Shown one piece after another: positions 11,352-24,841 of a stretch of DNA of 64,000 nt (position 1 is the stretch's first letter; each line of letters begins with the position of its first letter). The translations under genes and the position numbers were made by a program. The notes beneath the pieces are model-generated. The model was not told the DNA's origin. It was given only the letters and a program-made list of their open reading frames with translations, and ran no database searches. Origin of the DNA: Diadema antillarum (taxonomy: Eukaryota); NCBI RefSeq assembly GCF_040938485.1, contig NW_027271598.1:1612001-1676000 (forward strand), in the 5' to 3' direction.

Positions 11352-11962
11352 TTTTTTTGTCCCCGCCGAACGAGTTCGAGCAGGGGACTATGAAACGGGC
11401 TCCGTACGTGTGTGTGTCCGTGTGTGTGTATGTGTGTGCGTCCGTGTGTGATCGAAATATTCAATTTGCTACTTCTCTGTCATTTATGAGCCAATTTTGA
11501 TTCTGTTTGCTTTATATGATAACACTACATGGGAGCTTTGAAACTTCTACACAGAATTTCAGTTGTGACCTTTGACCTTGACCTTTGACCTTTCCGACAT
11601 TTTGCTACAAAATGCTACTCCTTCGCCATTTCTAACCCGATTTCGATTCCGTTTGCTTTATGTGATGGCACTAGGTGAGGGCTTCAAAACTTCTACACAG
11701 AATTTTGACCTTTGACCTTGATTTTTGACCTGTGTTGTACATTTTGCTACAAAATGCTACTCCTTTGCCATTTCTAACCCGATTTCGATTCCGTTTGCTT
11801 TATGTGATGGCACTAGGTGAGGGCTTCAAAACTTCTACACAGAATTTTGACCTTTGACTCCTTTGACCTTTGACCTTGATTTTTTACCTACATTGTACAT
11901 TTTGCTACAAAATGCTACTTCCGGCGGGGACATTATATTACGCACCACGTAATTTCTACTTT
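11352..11962. mobile_element. Helentron-associated non-autonomous element (HINE/DINE-1-like) with ~120-bp central tandem repeats; copy in B ~31640-32249; only the right end survives in C (44469-~44550)
   Basis: Subterminal inverted repeats TGTCCCCGCCG (11358-11368) and CGGCGGGGACA (11922-11932). GT/GTCC-type microsatellite ~11405-11450, tandem ~120-bp units, 3' stem-loop ATTACG-cacca-CGTAAT (11937-11953), T-rich flanks. Confidence 0.65.
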
Positions 11963-13064
11963 CCTTATTGTTTTTTATTTGTTTTTTGTTTTTTGTGTTT
12001 TTTTTTTTGCAACGATTTCCTGGTTTGAAGCAGCAAACACTGTTTTCGCACATACCATCGACACAAACGAAGGTACATGCAGTGATCTTTGCTGAGAGGC
12101 TGCCTGTTTTGGGACTTTCCAGGGTTGCGTGCATGACCCGAGGAGCTCGGGGCGTTCTTTCTCTCGGTACGAGGGCAAAGGCCAGACGTAGGCACCAGGC
12201 ACGTTTGGTTACCATTGCATTGTGTCAGACCAGGGATGTGAGACCAAAGTTCTGTGGGGGAGACACCTCCCTGGTATGACGCACCAACCTGCACACCAAT
12301 TTGCACGAAAGCCATACACCTCCCTGACCTGACCTCCTCCTCAACTCTAAACCGTCAGAGTATTATAGAGTACGGCATCTTTTTATTAACTCTCCTCACA
12401 CCGACTGACCTCCCTTGCCTGCAGAGGTTCATATCATCAGCAAAGGCAATCCAGAAGCTCTAAATATTCCAGTCTTTTCAATAGAATTCTCGATAGTCAT
12501 TTCAGTTGAAATAAATGTGCATGTTTACTACAGAGGGCCATGAGACAGCGGCTGATGAGACTGGATAACTTCTGAAAATAGCATCGCCAAGATCGTGCAC
12601 ACTTTAATGGCTGAGTAGAGCATCATTACTACTTCAATTTATTCTAGCTGAGATGTTAGATCCTGAAATCTTTCATAATGATTCGATTAAGCTGGCTGGC
12701 TACATTATTGATAGGTTGCTAGGAGTGATAAATCTCAGTGAGAGTACGTGCGCGCTCAAATAAACAGCAGTTACACAGCAAAAGTGTTGCTTCAAAATGG
12801 CAAATCATTCTCGTTAGTGTGATCTTGTGTGATACAATTATTGCACTGCTAAGCAACGAAACTCAAGTAGGTAACAGATACGAACAATTCTTCAGTGGAC
12901 CAACAATAAAAGGAAATCGACTGACACTTTCATGGAAGATCTACGCAAATAAAATATTCGATCTCAATGAAACCCTGGACCCAAATATTTTCATGAAGGG
13001 CACACGGGAAAAACGCGTACCTTTCCGTCGTATACCATCATTTTCTTGTAGAAACCATGGTGTA

Positions 13065-13678
13065 AAACCCCCGGTCGCAAAGCGCTTTACGGCTTATGCA
13101 CGGCCAAAACACGTCAAAAAGTGGTCTCCCGTGAAGCAGACGATGTTGTTCGCGTTGATGTTAAGTTTAAGGCGAGCTACGGTAGATTTATAGACTGGCA
13201 GGACGCGGGGAAAATTCTGAACAGCGTCGGACGCGGTAAAAAGTTTTGATCTGCTCAAAATTTTATTCCGCGGACAACCACGGGAGGCACACGTGGTAAA
13301 GACGTGCAACACACGTGAAACACACGTGATGATCCGTGTTCCGGCAGTGATTAAAACTTGGGGAGACGCGGTAAAGACGCGAAAGTTTAGCGATCTGTCA
13401 CGGGCAGAGCACGGTCATCTGACTCCTGTTACGCGTTGGTATCACGGGAAATAGCGTGTGTTTAGCGGCTTATCGCTGACAAATGGATTTTTCCGCGTAC
13501 ACACACGTGGCTGGACGTGGTCAGCCGTGCCTAGGTAGTGCTTCAGCAGTGGAACAGTCGCCAACGGCCATACCCCGTATAAAGCACGACCAAACTAAAA
13601 TTGACCAAAAACTTACCACTTACTACCACGTCCACCAAATTTTCATAACTTTTTGTACGTGATTTGGACGTGGAGTGC
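13065..13678. mobile_element. MITE lacking the last ~16 bp of its right end, truncated by the unit junction (also 33353-33969); intact copy at 49015-49644
   Basis: Left end AAACCCCCGGTCGCAAAGCGC after TA. Identical to 49015-49628 up to GGAGTGC, then switches to the CAG-element fragment. Confidence 0.8.
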
Positions 13679-16600
13679 CGTGGGAGGGGGACACCCACAT
13701 CCTCCCACTCGCTCACTCTTATCGCTCTTGCTTGGCCGCGTTCATGATATTCAGTGTAAATATTAAAACAGGAAGTTTATTTGGATGATACTATTTTACG
13801 GGCAAATTGTTCATTAATAATCTACATCAAAATTTACTGCTACCTTAAACAAGTGGGACTGTTTCAAGTCGATAAAACAAGCAAAACATGCATCAAATTG
13901 CACCATTTACAACATCAAAATGCAATTTCAGTTCTAAGAGTGGGAGGAGGGGGGGGGGGACAACAGGTACTTCTACATCCTCCTCCTCCCCCCCCCCCCC
14001 CCCCCCCCCCAAAGATAAAATCCTAGCTACGCCGGTGCCCTTTCCCCGCTTGGTTTCCCTCAAAAAACAGTAAAAGTCTAGGGATTGAGAGCTTCCTATC
14101 ATATTCCAAATGTCTGTCCAAAAAATCTCGTTACATTTTAGTGTCAAAACGCACCCCCTTGAAAAAAAGCTGGTGACGCCCCTGCTTAGCCCTCCTTTAT
14201 ACGTTCTTTTCTTCTTTTTTCCTCTTTCTCTCATTTCTTACCCCTGAGGGAAACAGTATATCATACCAACTTCACAATTGTCTAGATTCACTGGAAGAAT
14301 GGTGCCTCCGAAAGCTTTAGTAATGTTGAAACAAGAGTTGTATGTGATTTATATATAACTATATAGTTTTACAGATAATCGGTGTAAACGGCAATCAGTT
14401 GAACCTGTAATTGTTGTTCTCTTTCCAATCCACATTATTGTTTTGTATACATGATTTCTCTCACTATTAGAGAGTGAGATGTGTTTATGCTATTGTCGAA
14501 AAACGGAAATAAGTTTGATTTGAATTGAACTGAAAGTGAAAGTGGTTGACAGATATGGACAAATCTTCAGTGGACCAACAGACCGACACTTTCATGGTAG
14601 ATCCACGCAAATAAAATGTTAGATCTCACTGAAATCACCGGAGGCAAAAAAAAAAAAAAAAAAAATCATGTCGGGCACAAACCACACTGCAAAAAATGCG
14701 GTGTTAAAAGTGTAACACCAACCGGGTGTTAAACGGTGGGTGTTAAATTTGGTGTTAAATTGACACAATTTGACACCCTTCGGTGTTGATTTAACACCAA
14801 CATTCTCTCATTCATTGGGTGTTAGATTCTCGGTGTTAAAATGACACCCAAGTGGTGTTATAGTTTTGTCATGAAAAGGGGGTTTTCACTAGTAACACCG
14901 TATCGGTGTTAGTTGTCCACCAGAGAAAGTCACGTGTTCGCAGTCCGATGATCTCATTGGTTACACATGCCAATGCCTGAAATTTGTTGCTGTGGCGCGG
15001 AGTCGTCAACGTCTGTCATCGCGATAGTCAGGTTTTCGATGTCGTCTGGGGCTAAAAATGACATTGAATCTATGATGGTGACTTTGCTAAGTCTGTCAGC
15101 GGGGATAAGTATCTTTTAAGGTAATTATTTCGTGTACCAGTTATTTTCTATCATAAACGATGTGCATGATTTTCACGGATTTCATCGCATATTATAGACA
15201 ACTTTGTCTTAGCACACACATAATACTATAGTATACTATGTAGCGCAGCATACTAAGTACATGTAGCCTATAGTGTTTGCCATACATGTACATAGTAATA
15301 GGCCATAACACCAACGCGCTATACAGCGGTGCATTGAGTCCGAATTTCGCTGAGGGTTCCTTTGTCCAATAATTGCATTTTAAAAATATCATCAAATTTT
15401 AAATATAAAAGGTTCCGTGGCATTTTGTATTGTTATTGATGTAGTTTTCTTACCTCTGAGGCTCTGGTGCGGATCTTTGTTAGCGCGCAAATCATTACCC
15501 GCTACTGACGTGCACGAAGACGAAGTTCGAACAATGTTTGTGTGTAACGTTACATGTTCGTAAGTTTGTACATGTTCGTAGGTATACTATATTTTTTGTA
15601 GGGCCTACTGTAACTGTTCTAGGTCCAAACTGTTAGGTTTAAATTAGTGCTAGGTACTAGTAGCAAATATCGCTCTAAAAAGAGCGTAAATACCCGATTA
15701 AAGGGGCTGGGTGGGGGGTTCTCCCGACCTGATTTTTGTTTATCACAACAGGTTACGTGATGTTTTCAGTAGCTACACGTAGGAACGTAGGGGCCTCTAT
15801 AGGACGCTAGTGTTTGCGCGTGGATCTTACGTTAGAATCTACTAACTAGTTTCTAATATGAGTACGTTGTACTACTATTTATGAGTTTGCTAACCGATTA
15901 CAAATTTAAGAATATGCTCTTATAAAGTTGACGTCACATGCATGTAAAACCGGTATTTCCACCGAGTCCATGTTAAGACTCTAGACTCTAGATCTAATTG
16001 TAAGGTGCGAGTTCAAGGGTAGCGAGAAACAAAATCACAGCCCATATTAATAACTGGCAGTTGTTCTCTGTCTGAGAACTGATCCTAAATTTCACAAATG
16101 AGTCAAAATGGAATACATGTATCATCGCTTTTTTCATGATTCAGGTGAGGGAATATACGTCTACTTTGATGGTAGTATTTGTTGAAATAATCTCTTGAAA
16201 AAAAAATCCCTTCTGGAATATGCCTCTTCCCCATACTTATGTTATTGCCACACTTAATGATATTGGCAATATTGCACTTGAGAATCTTGAAAATGACAGA
16301 ATTGCAAAAAGACCTTTTACTTGTATTATCTATCTAAAAAAACCTTGAAAATGAGAGTAGATCAATTGCAAAATGGCATTTGATTTTTCCATTTCTCCTC
16401 AAATAATATTTGCATAAATGTACACTGCATAAAGATGATGAATACCTGGAAGCAGGATATTATTGCCCCCCCCCCCCCCCCCGTGGCTAATTAAAACAAA
16501 CTTGAAATTATGAGCATATCTCAAGTAGGTATATACATGTATAATACAATCACCGACTGAATTAATCTGAAGCCACCTGAACAAAACCCTTTGTTTTCTG

Positions 16601-17663
16601 CAGTTCTGATCAAATCTTTCATGCACACAAGATAAATCTGTTTCATGCACTTGTATACAGTAAATACACTAGTGCAGTAATATGTGGATGTTCAGTACTT
16701 TGAATCCTAAGCCAGTGCATCACACCTTGCGCACCAGCTTGACAGTTTGCGGACTTGTAGCCACTTGATAATTATGTATGTTCATGGTCCTTACACATGC
16801 AGGTTGAACAGTACTTCTCACTCCTTCTCCCAGGCAACGATGCCAAGCTTTTTTGAGCAGTGGCCAGTTTTTGGTGGAAGGTCTTGTCAAGCTAGCAAGA
16901 GGAAAGCCTTCAGAAACCACAGTCAAGCTGTTGAGTTTGCTGGGAGAACACACGCGGAAAACTGATGTGGATTCATGAGACTTGGAGCAATCATCAAATA
17001 GTGTACCACCAGACCTGGTAGCAGTCAGGGTATGCACAATACTATAGGTTTTGAAAGCCCCCTTTTTTTATGTTCTAGATGTCTATCCATCCAATATCGT
17101 TTCTTGTGTATCATGCCGCAAGTTGAAAACAATCATCTGTGAATGAAACTTGGTAAGGCTATGTAAATCCAGGGGGCGTTCCACAAAACTTGTCATTGGT
17201 GACAACTGTTATAAGTAGCTGAAATCTTTGCATCTGACAATACATTTTATCAAACGTTTCCCTGGAGTCGATGAGGGTCGTGAGGTCAATAATCAAGGGT
17301 CAGGAGCCCTTCATTATGAAAAAAAAAAATGCAGGAAATATCTTGTGACTTTGATTTTTCAAAGGCAGATGAATGGATTTCACCAAACTCAATTGTAATA
17401 TAAAAGTTCACAGTCACAAATCAATATGTAATGTAATTTTGTTATTTTGGAGATGCTGATGAAATAAAGAAGACTTTTTCTTGTTTTCTTTTAAAGAAGT
17501 CACACAACAACCCATGGGTTCATCCTACATGAAGGATCATATGTTTTACTTAATGCTCCCTGATTATGCAGTGCAATTCACTGATAATTTCTGTTGATAC
17601 CTGGATACTTTGTTAATGAGTCGTAGAATATATTGTATATAACATGCATTTCTTACAACACAG

Positions 17664-19248
17664 CATAGAATGTAAGTAACCTGCAAATCCTTCTTGTACT
17701 CTATCTGCTTCCACCTGTGAACCAGGGCACAAGGATTGTGCAAGATTTCTGTGGCTTTGGCTATAGACTACCTTATCCGATTTCAAAAGGTAAGTCTACA
17801 TGACTATAAGGTTTGTTCAAATATGATGCGACAAACCCCCTGACATTTTTAGTGTTCAGATATGGTGCACCGAACCACGCCACTTTCATTATGTTAATGA
17901 ATGCACATGACTCAAAAAAAAAATAAGATAAAGATAAACTCATGACATTGTATCTTCACTTACTTTTGAGCTTGATTGCACCATATCTTCTTGCCACTGT
18001 GTTGCAAAATATATTCCTCTTGCCTCAGTGTTTTTGTTTTGTTTTGTTGCATTTTGATCTGTTTATTTGTTTGTTTTTTACCATCTCATATCGCATTGAT
18101 TTGTGCACTAAAATGTTGCCGGAGTTTGACTCATCATATCTGAACAAGCCTTTATGAGTCATTTTGGACAGGCAATTAGAACTCACAGTACTTTGGTATT
18201 CTGAAAATGAAATTGATTTTTACGAGTTTAATTGATTTTGCATTTTCTACTTTCTATGATCTGTTTTTGTATTAGAAAAGAAATTAGAGGTCAAGGGAAA
18301 TTTTCTGGGGTTTTTTGTCTTGTTGGACTATGTAATTTATTAAGATCACTTGCTTTTCAATGTTTCATAGGTTAACTTTTTTTTTTTGGATGTTGTGAAT
18401 ATTTTTGCGCACTTGCCTTTGTCAGGGTTATGTCCTGATGTCGACGAGAACTTTACTCGTGAATTCTTCAAAGTCGATCCTTGAACTTTAAAGATTGTCT
18501 TCCCCATATGTAGGCTAAAATTTTGAAGTTGCTTTTTGATCAGTCACGAATAAGAGAAAAGTGATAAATTTCAAAGCTTCTTTAAGAAAAAATAGGTATA
18601 CAAGTGTAAGTGAGTTTTAATTGTGAAATTATAGTGATCTTTAAGTAAAATGGAATAAGATCCATTTATTATCCTCTGCCAAGAAGTGGTGCCTGAATTG
18701 TTATGGTTTTGAGTAGTCCATCCCTCCGTGTGTGTGATAGCTTGAAATCTGTTAAAATAATCATAAATGTGAATAAAATGTGTTAAGCCTATGTGTGACT
18801 GAGTCTATCAAATTGCATTATGGAATCGAAATAAATGTCACAGTCAAATTTGTCTAGTTTTTATTTGTAATAGATTCATACAATGTCTCTTTGTTTTTCA
18901 TTGTTTCCTTACATTTTCAGCCTGATGCTAGTTTTGATCACCACTTGAAGAGGGAAAGCAGAAGAAGATGTAGCTCTTGATGCAGCTTGGTTGCTTGAAG
19001 ATCAGAAGATGCAGCTTGCTTGACAGAGGACGTCAGAAGGATAACATACATGTGTACCAATATTACTTCATTGTTGACCACTTGGTACTACCCTGCCCTG
19101 GTGATATCATTCAGAGTGCCTTCGACACATTGTTCAAAGCACATTAAATATGTGTTTTGTCTACGGTATGCAAAACCTCTCATCAACCTTTGGACATTTG
19201 GAATTACCCCGAGTTCGTGAACCGAGATCTAAACTTTCAAATAGATAA
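17664..19248 (+). pseudogene. Degenerate C-terminal exons of the accessory (ORF2/TnpA-like) protein of the EnSpm element (~17664-17789 and 18921-19248)
   Basis: Frameshifted translation gives LQILLVLYLLPP...KISVALAIDYLIRFQK| (donor AAG|GTAAGT at 17789), acceptor TTTTCAG at 18920, then QYYFIVDHLVLPC...AFDTLFKAH.YVFCLRY...NLWTF and LPRVREPRSKL*. I recognise these as motifs of animal EnSpm accessory proteins (from memory, not a search). Confidence 0.6.
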
Positions 19249-19535
19249 TGAAGTGATGCATTCTTTAGGAGTTCCCACTGAAACTGCTTTTTTTTTTCAC
19301 TGTTTGCCATACGAACATGGACTGAGTGATGGACAAACAATAAATTGCGCCCAGGGGGCCTGTGTACGGACATAATTTGATTCGTTCAATGGTTTTAGAA
19401 GACACTTGAAGAATCATCATTGTGACAGTGAAACTGTGAAGATACTCCAAGTCCAGTTCTATGGAGGAACCGAGATAGAGACTGATGATATACAGTTGAT
19501 GAAGCAGTACTCTTCATTAGTCGATGACAGTTTTT
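19248..19535 (+). pseudogene. Degenerate N-terminus (two C2H2 zinc fingers) of the probable EnSpm transposase; catalytic part apparently deleted
   Basis: ATG at 19248. Reads ...FHCLPYEHGLSDGQTINCAQGACVRT*FDSFNGFRRHLKNHH, a canonical C-x4-C-x3-F-x5-F-x2-H-x3-H finger once the in-frame TAA (19373-19375) is ignored. Confidence 0.55.
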
Positions 19536-19949
19536 GATGAGGAGGTGATTACCTTTAGTCCAGGGGACATTGAACAACGACCTTGTAATTTTTACATGTC
19601 CTAGTTTACATGTGTCAGTATGGAGTAATGCATTACCATGGTAACATCAAATTTTCATAAAGATTACAAATACAGAATGTGGATCAAGCTACTTAGTTTT
19701 AAATCAATTCTGTTGAAATTCGATTGTCCAGAAATCTGTTGCCATGGCAATTGCAGTTTTTAAACAAATCATACAAAATTGTGTGGATCACGCTGCTCTC
19801 GTAGTTTCTTTTTTTTTTAGCATTTAAATCTGAATTTGATACATATGGTCACTATGATAATATGTTATCGTGCAAGACACTTTGTGGGGGGTCATAAATC
19901 CGTTTCCATGGCAACAGCATCTTCATACAAATCATCCACAAGTACCATG

Positions 19950-20750
19950 TGGATTCAGCTAACTTCCTCAGATTTTGAGCATTTGACTTTAAATTTGGCA
20001 CATGTGACCACTGTATTATGTACCTGTGCAAATTTTATTTTTCGTCATTGTCAAATAGTATGTTGTCAAGTTAATGGTATTTTGTAATGAGAATCGTATA
20101 AACTACAAGTGGATTGAGCTTACTCTCTCAATTTTTAGCAATAACCATGAGATATGACACCTATATATTGTGACAAGATAAATTCTAGATGTGCAAAACA
20201 CTTATCTCGTCAATGTTAAACAATGCGTTGCCATGCTAACTTATTTTTTTTTTAATACAAAGCAATCGAAGATATTGTGATTGACTCATAACTCCCTCAT
20301 GTTTTAGGCATTTGACTTGAAATTTGGCACGTGACCACTGTAGTGCGCTAATGTGCAAATGTCATCTTTTGTATCGGTCAAAGAAAGTGTTATCATGGCA
20401 GTGACATTTTCAAATTAAAAACTTACACGACAGTTGATTATGCAATCTCCCTCAGTTTCTTAGCATCTGGCCTGAAATATTGCACAGAGTGCTAATGTAA
20501 TGGCAACCATCTTTCAAAATGAAAATCAAACAAAAAATACTGTGAATTGGGTGAGCTCCCTCAGTTTTCTAGCATTTGACTTGAGGTTTCGCTCATGTAA
20601 CCAGTGTAATCTTAAAATGAGTCGCACACTGATCTCACTGTTGAGTAATCTTGCTATGGTAACAACTTTTGTTACATTGTACTTTTTTTTTCAACAAAAG
20701 GCATACAAGAATATCATGAATTGAGCTAACTCTCTAAGTTTTAGGTGGGG
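19950..20750. repeat. Degenerate ~150-bp tandem repeats (about 6 units) nested in the EnSpm element
   Basis: Recurring GAGCTAACTCCCTCAG..TTAGCATTTGACTTGAAATTTGGCAC.TGTGACCACTG-like units at ~19958, 20117, 20283, 20440, 20553 and 20723. Confidence 0.55.
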
Positions 20751-23700
20751 GTATCAATTACATCCAGTTCGAGTTGAAAATATTGGCCCAAGAAGGCCTT
20801 ATGTGTGTCATTTGAATATTTAAATGATCAGAATTTCACATGCTTGTATCGTCACTTGCAATAGCATTGATCAAAAGAAAGAGTATAATTTTTTTTTATG
20901 TTAACATTTTACAACCAGACTGGATGATCTATGTTGAATATTTGAATTATACAGCTGAGTAGGCAATTCAATTTGAACATTTGAATGATAGAGCTAAGAA
21001 GATATAATACTAGTATCAATTTCATTTGAAAATTCAACTTGATAGTGCCAAGAAGGCCAAAGGTATTCAGAGTGAGTATTTAAATTTGATATTTTAGCCT
21101 ACAATAGCCATAATGTATCTCATTTGCATAGATAATCACAGAACCAACTGACAGGGTCAAAGGTTTTCCATTTTGATACTTATATTGTAGAGATGAGGCT
21201 TTCATTACATGTAATAGAATTATTGTGTTTTGTTGTGACAGACAGAATTTATTAAATATTTTGATCAACCTAGTGGCACGTGACTGTCTTTCACCTACTT
21301 ACATTACTGTGTTATTTTGTGTGATTGAATGTGGAGAGTGTGAAATGATGTCGAGGTATCGACACTTCAAATTGTTAATAAGTTGGCATCACTTGGAATT
21401 TATTTCTCACTCTGAAGCGTTGAATCAACACTTCTGTGGTGTCAAATAAACACCAAATAATGCAAACTTATAACACTTTGAAGTGTTAGAATAACACCAT
21501 GACAGGTGTTGGGGTATAGATTCTAACAACAAATAGTGTTGAAGTTACACCGTCATTGGTGTTAAAGGGTGTCAAAAGAACACCAAAGTGGTGTCAACTT
21601 ATCAATAATCTAAGCAACACCAAAGCTGGTGTTGGTATATTTTAACACCACGGGTGTTGAACTTACACCATAACTGGTGTTGGGATGTCAAATGAACACC
21701 ATTATGGTGTCAACTTCTTAACACTCTCTTAAGTGTTGAAAAAACACCGAGGCTGGTGTTGGTATATTTTTACACCCTTTAACACCCATGGGTGTTGGAT
21801 ATTTTAACACCAGAGACGGTGTTACTTCAACACCAGATGGTGAGGTCCTTTATTGAAGTTCGGCCGGTGTTAGATTCAACACCAGTGGTGTTAAATCTAA
21901 CACCACTGTTTTTGCAGTGCACGCGTACCGCACAGTCGTACCACCATTTTCTTCTGGAAACCATGGCAAAAGCAATTTAGAGAAGATATTCGAACTTTAT
22001 TGAAATTCGTCTTTAGAAACCTGGAATATGCCGCACGATGGAAGAAAAAAAAAAATCTTGAGTACAGTAATAATCATAAGTGTTTCAGAAAAATGGTGTC
22101 TATTTGGACACCCGTATTCTTGATGTGTATGGCAATAATAAATGATGGTCTGAGTCACATTTCATTGCCTGTTTTTCAAAGTGCTTTGTTAGAAGTAGTA
22201 TGATGTATTATGTGTTTAGATAACGTATGTTGGATTTAGAATGATAAATATCCCACTGGGAAAAATGCACACACAAAAGAAGGACAAACACACAAACACA
22301 CACATACAACATACATACACAAACATAGTGTGTAAACCACCGTAGAGATGTAGAGAGAGAGGGGGGGGGGGGGATGCTTTACAGCTTATTCCAGAATGTT
22401 ATACCTTTCACAGAGAAGAAAGAACAGCAACCCAATTTGGTAGATTGACATACGGGTCCTGTTGCATAAAATTTACTATTATGGTAACTTTGGCATCATG
22501 GTAACTTCCATGGAATTCTTGATTTTGATTGGCTGTTGAGTATTGTTGCCATGGTAGTTACAATTGGATGGCAAAGTTAACCATAATATTAATTTTTATG
22601 CAACATGCCCCAGATGTTATATATATTGTATTATACAACACCTCAGAATGATGTCGAATTGTGATTGGCCAAGAACATGTCACATGACATTCAATAGAAA
22701 ATACCTACCAAACTCATTGAGAGTGACAGCCATACAATAGGCCCCTGGCATGGGCCTATTGCACGGCTCGAAGGTACTATAGCACGGCTTCGTGGGGGGC
22801 TACTAATGCATGGCCGCTCACAGAGTTCTGTGGCTCACAGCAGCAATAAAAGCGCCAGCAAACTACATTGTAGGGTGGAACATCCTATTACCGGACGCTT
22901 TTCTTTGTGGCTTTGAATTCCGTACTCATAGAATGAAATTTCGGCTAAAAACAACACCACTTATTCACAGACTCATGGAAATTACGAATTCAGCCAACTT
23001 ACGTCATTTCTTCGTTCCAGTTTTTAGAAAATATGCTTCAAACATACCCCTCTAAAAATAGTGGTTTTTTGCGCCGTGCAAAATCGCATTGTATTACCGG
23101 ACGCTATTTTCGTAATCGAATAATCGAGGTCTTTCGCACCTAATCCTTGCACCAGAATCACAATTCATCCCACAAATCACCGTACACATTCTCACCGAGC
23201 GGATGACACACACAAAAAATCTGCAAATGAAGCTCAAATTTCGTATTTTACAGTAAAATGTCTGTCTTGACCATTTCGAACAGTTCACGCAATAAAACCT
23301 TGTGAGAAATCGACAACTGGTTAGAGTATACGTGCTTTGTCTATGGGAGCTGCACGCGCGGGCGATGAGTTGCGTGCCCCTTGGCGCACAACTATTCCGC
23401 ATCGTTCGCGTTTGAGGACGATAGCTACAAATTTCCGATATTGATCAGTGATCTTATGGTTCTAATAGAATCTTCAGTATTTTTCCTGTATGTGAGTGGG
23501 ATTTCATGGAATTTCAGTCGCGAAATGTGATTCAAACATGCATAAATATTAACTATAAACGAGGTGCGGGTCACTCAACTATAAATTTGAGGTAAAATGT
23601 GAATTTTTTCGTGTTTTTACATTTTTATGTGGCGTTTTTTGCGATTTCGATCCACACAAAGTTCTGTGAGGCTAATCTACGAAGTCTCGCGCGTACAGAA

Positions 23701-24800
23701 TGTCATTAGTACGCAAAAATGTGCGTGTCCGGTAATACCATGGTGTCCGGTGACACCATGCTTGCCCCTACGTGCTGGCCGGCTGCGCTGCGATGCGCTG
23801 CCGGTAAACAGACCAGTCGCGGCGGAGTACTGCAACGTTAACGTGTACGCGCAGCTACTTTACCTAGCTAGTTGCATGTATTGCGGCCTACCTACTGCTG
23901 TGTTTTTAGTTTTGACTCTGATCTGCTATGTGGACCACAGTGATCCCAAAATCAAGACTTCATTTGAAGTTGAGAAACCGTAATTTGATTATTTTTCTGT
24001 GTTTTTATACAAAATCATTTTCGGAAATAGAGAAAGTCTAGACCTACTACTAGATCTACCGACATCTCAGGTAGGCTTAACAGTCAGGCCTAACTCGATC
24101 TAACGTTAGCGTAGAATGGGTATAGACCCTGCGGAGTTTGTGATTCCTGTGACTGTGTGGTCGAATCATGACGAGTGTTTGAAGCAGTACACAGGGTGGT
24201 TTACAATTCTCGGCCTAATTGTTACATTTATTTTTGGGCCTTCCTGAGTTAGCGGTCACTAATTTAGTACTGTGATTGTGGACAAGGTGTTGTATAAAAC
24301 GAATAATTTATGATTTTGTTCGTGCATTGGGGCACGTAATACCGCACTCGGCGCGAGATTCGCCACTGGTCTATTCAACGCGACGCTACGCGCCTTGTTG
24401 AATAGACCAGTGGCTTATCTCGCGCCTCGTGCGATATTCGTGCCCTATGCACTCACAACTCATAAATTATTATATTAAATCATAAATTATATATTATTGC
24501 AGTCCTTGAAATAAACACTGAAATTTGTTAACTTCCAAACATCACCTGGGATGACTCAGTATTGGACATTCATTTTATACAGCCTTGATAAGTGGCAATG
24601 TAATCACATTCTTTCTCTGTGATGTTTTTCATTAGGGCCTACTCAGTGATGGATATACAGTCTGTATTCATCTTCCAGATGATGTCATGGGCAAAATGGA
24701 CCTTTATTTCTTCGCACTTTACTGCGGTTTTGTTTTAAATCTAAGACAAGAAATCAGTTTCCTCTAAACAATTTTGGGAACAGAATGTGTACTTTATAAC

Positions 24801-24841
<41 letters not shown>

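Larger units (their letters stand above)
580..13678. repeat. Tandem segmental-duplication unit A (13,099 bp) carrying luciferase-like/HLD gene A
   Basis: Collinear and near-identical to units B and C by direct reading. The ORF track repeats the same ORFs at offsets. Identical junction sequence at 579/580, 13678/13679 and 33969/33970. Confidence 0.95.
14685..21919 (+). mobile_element. CMC/EnSpm (CACTA-superfamily) DNA transposon, 7,235 bp, internally deleted and degenerate
   Basis: Termini CACTGCAAAAA ... TTTTTGCAGTG. 2-bp CA target duplication (14683-14684, 21920-21921). Dense GGTGTT/AACACC subterminal repeats at 14700-14910 and 21450-21910. Absent from units A and C. Contains coding remnants (next two features). 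Confidence 0.9.

Noticed and set aside
11835-12463. Overlapping 70-150-aa ORFs, one with a Cys-rich stretch (CTFVCVDGMCENSVCC), repeated in each unit
   Set aside because: No recognisable domain or convincing splice sites, and the frames run into poly-T/A tracts that differ among copies. Recurrence reflects the duplication only.
16399-17037. Minus-strand ORFs (83 and 105 aa) inside the EnSpm element as a captured host gene
   Set aside because: No recognisable motif. The identifiable element remnants are on the plus strand, so these are probably antisense shadows.
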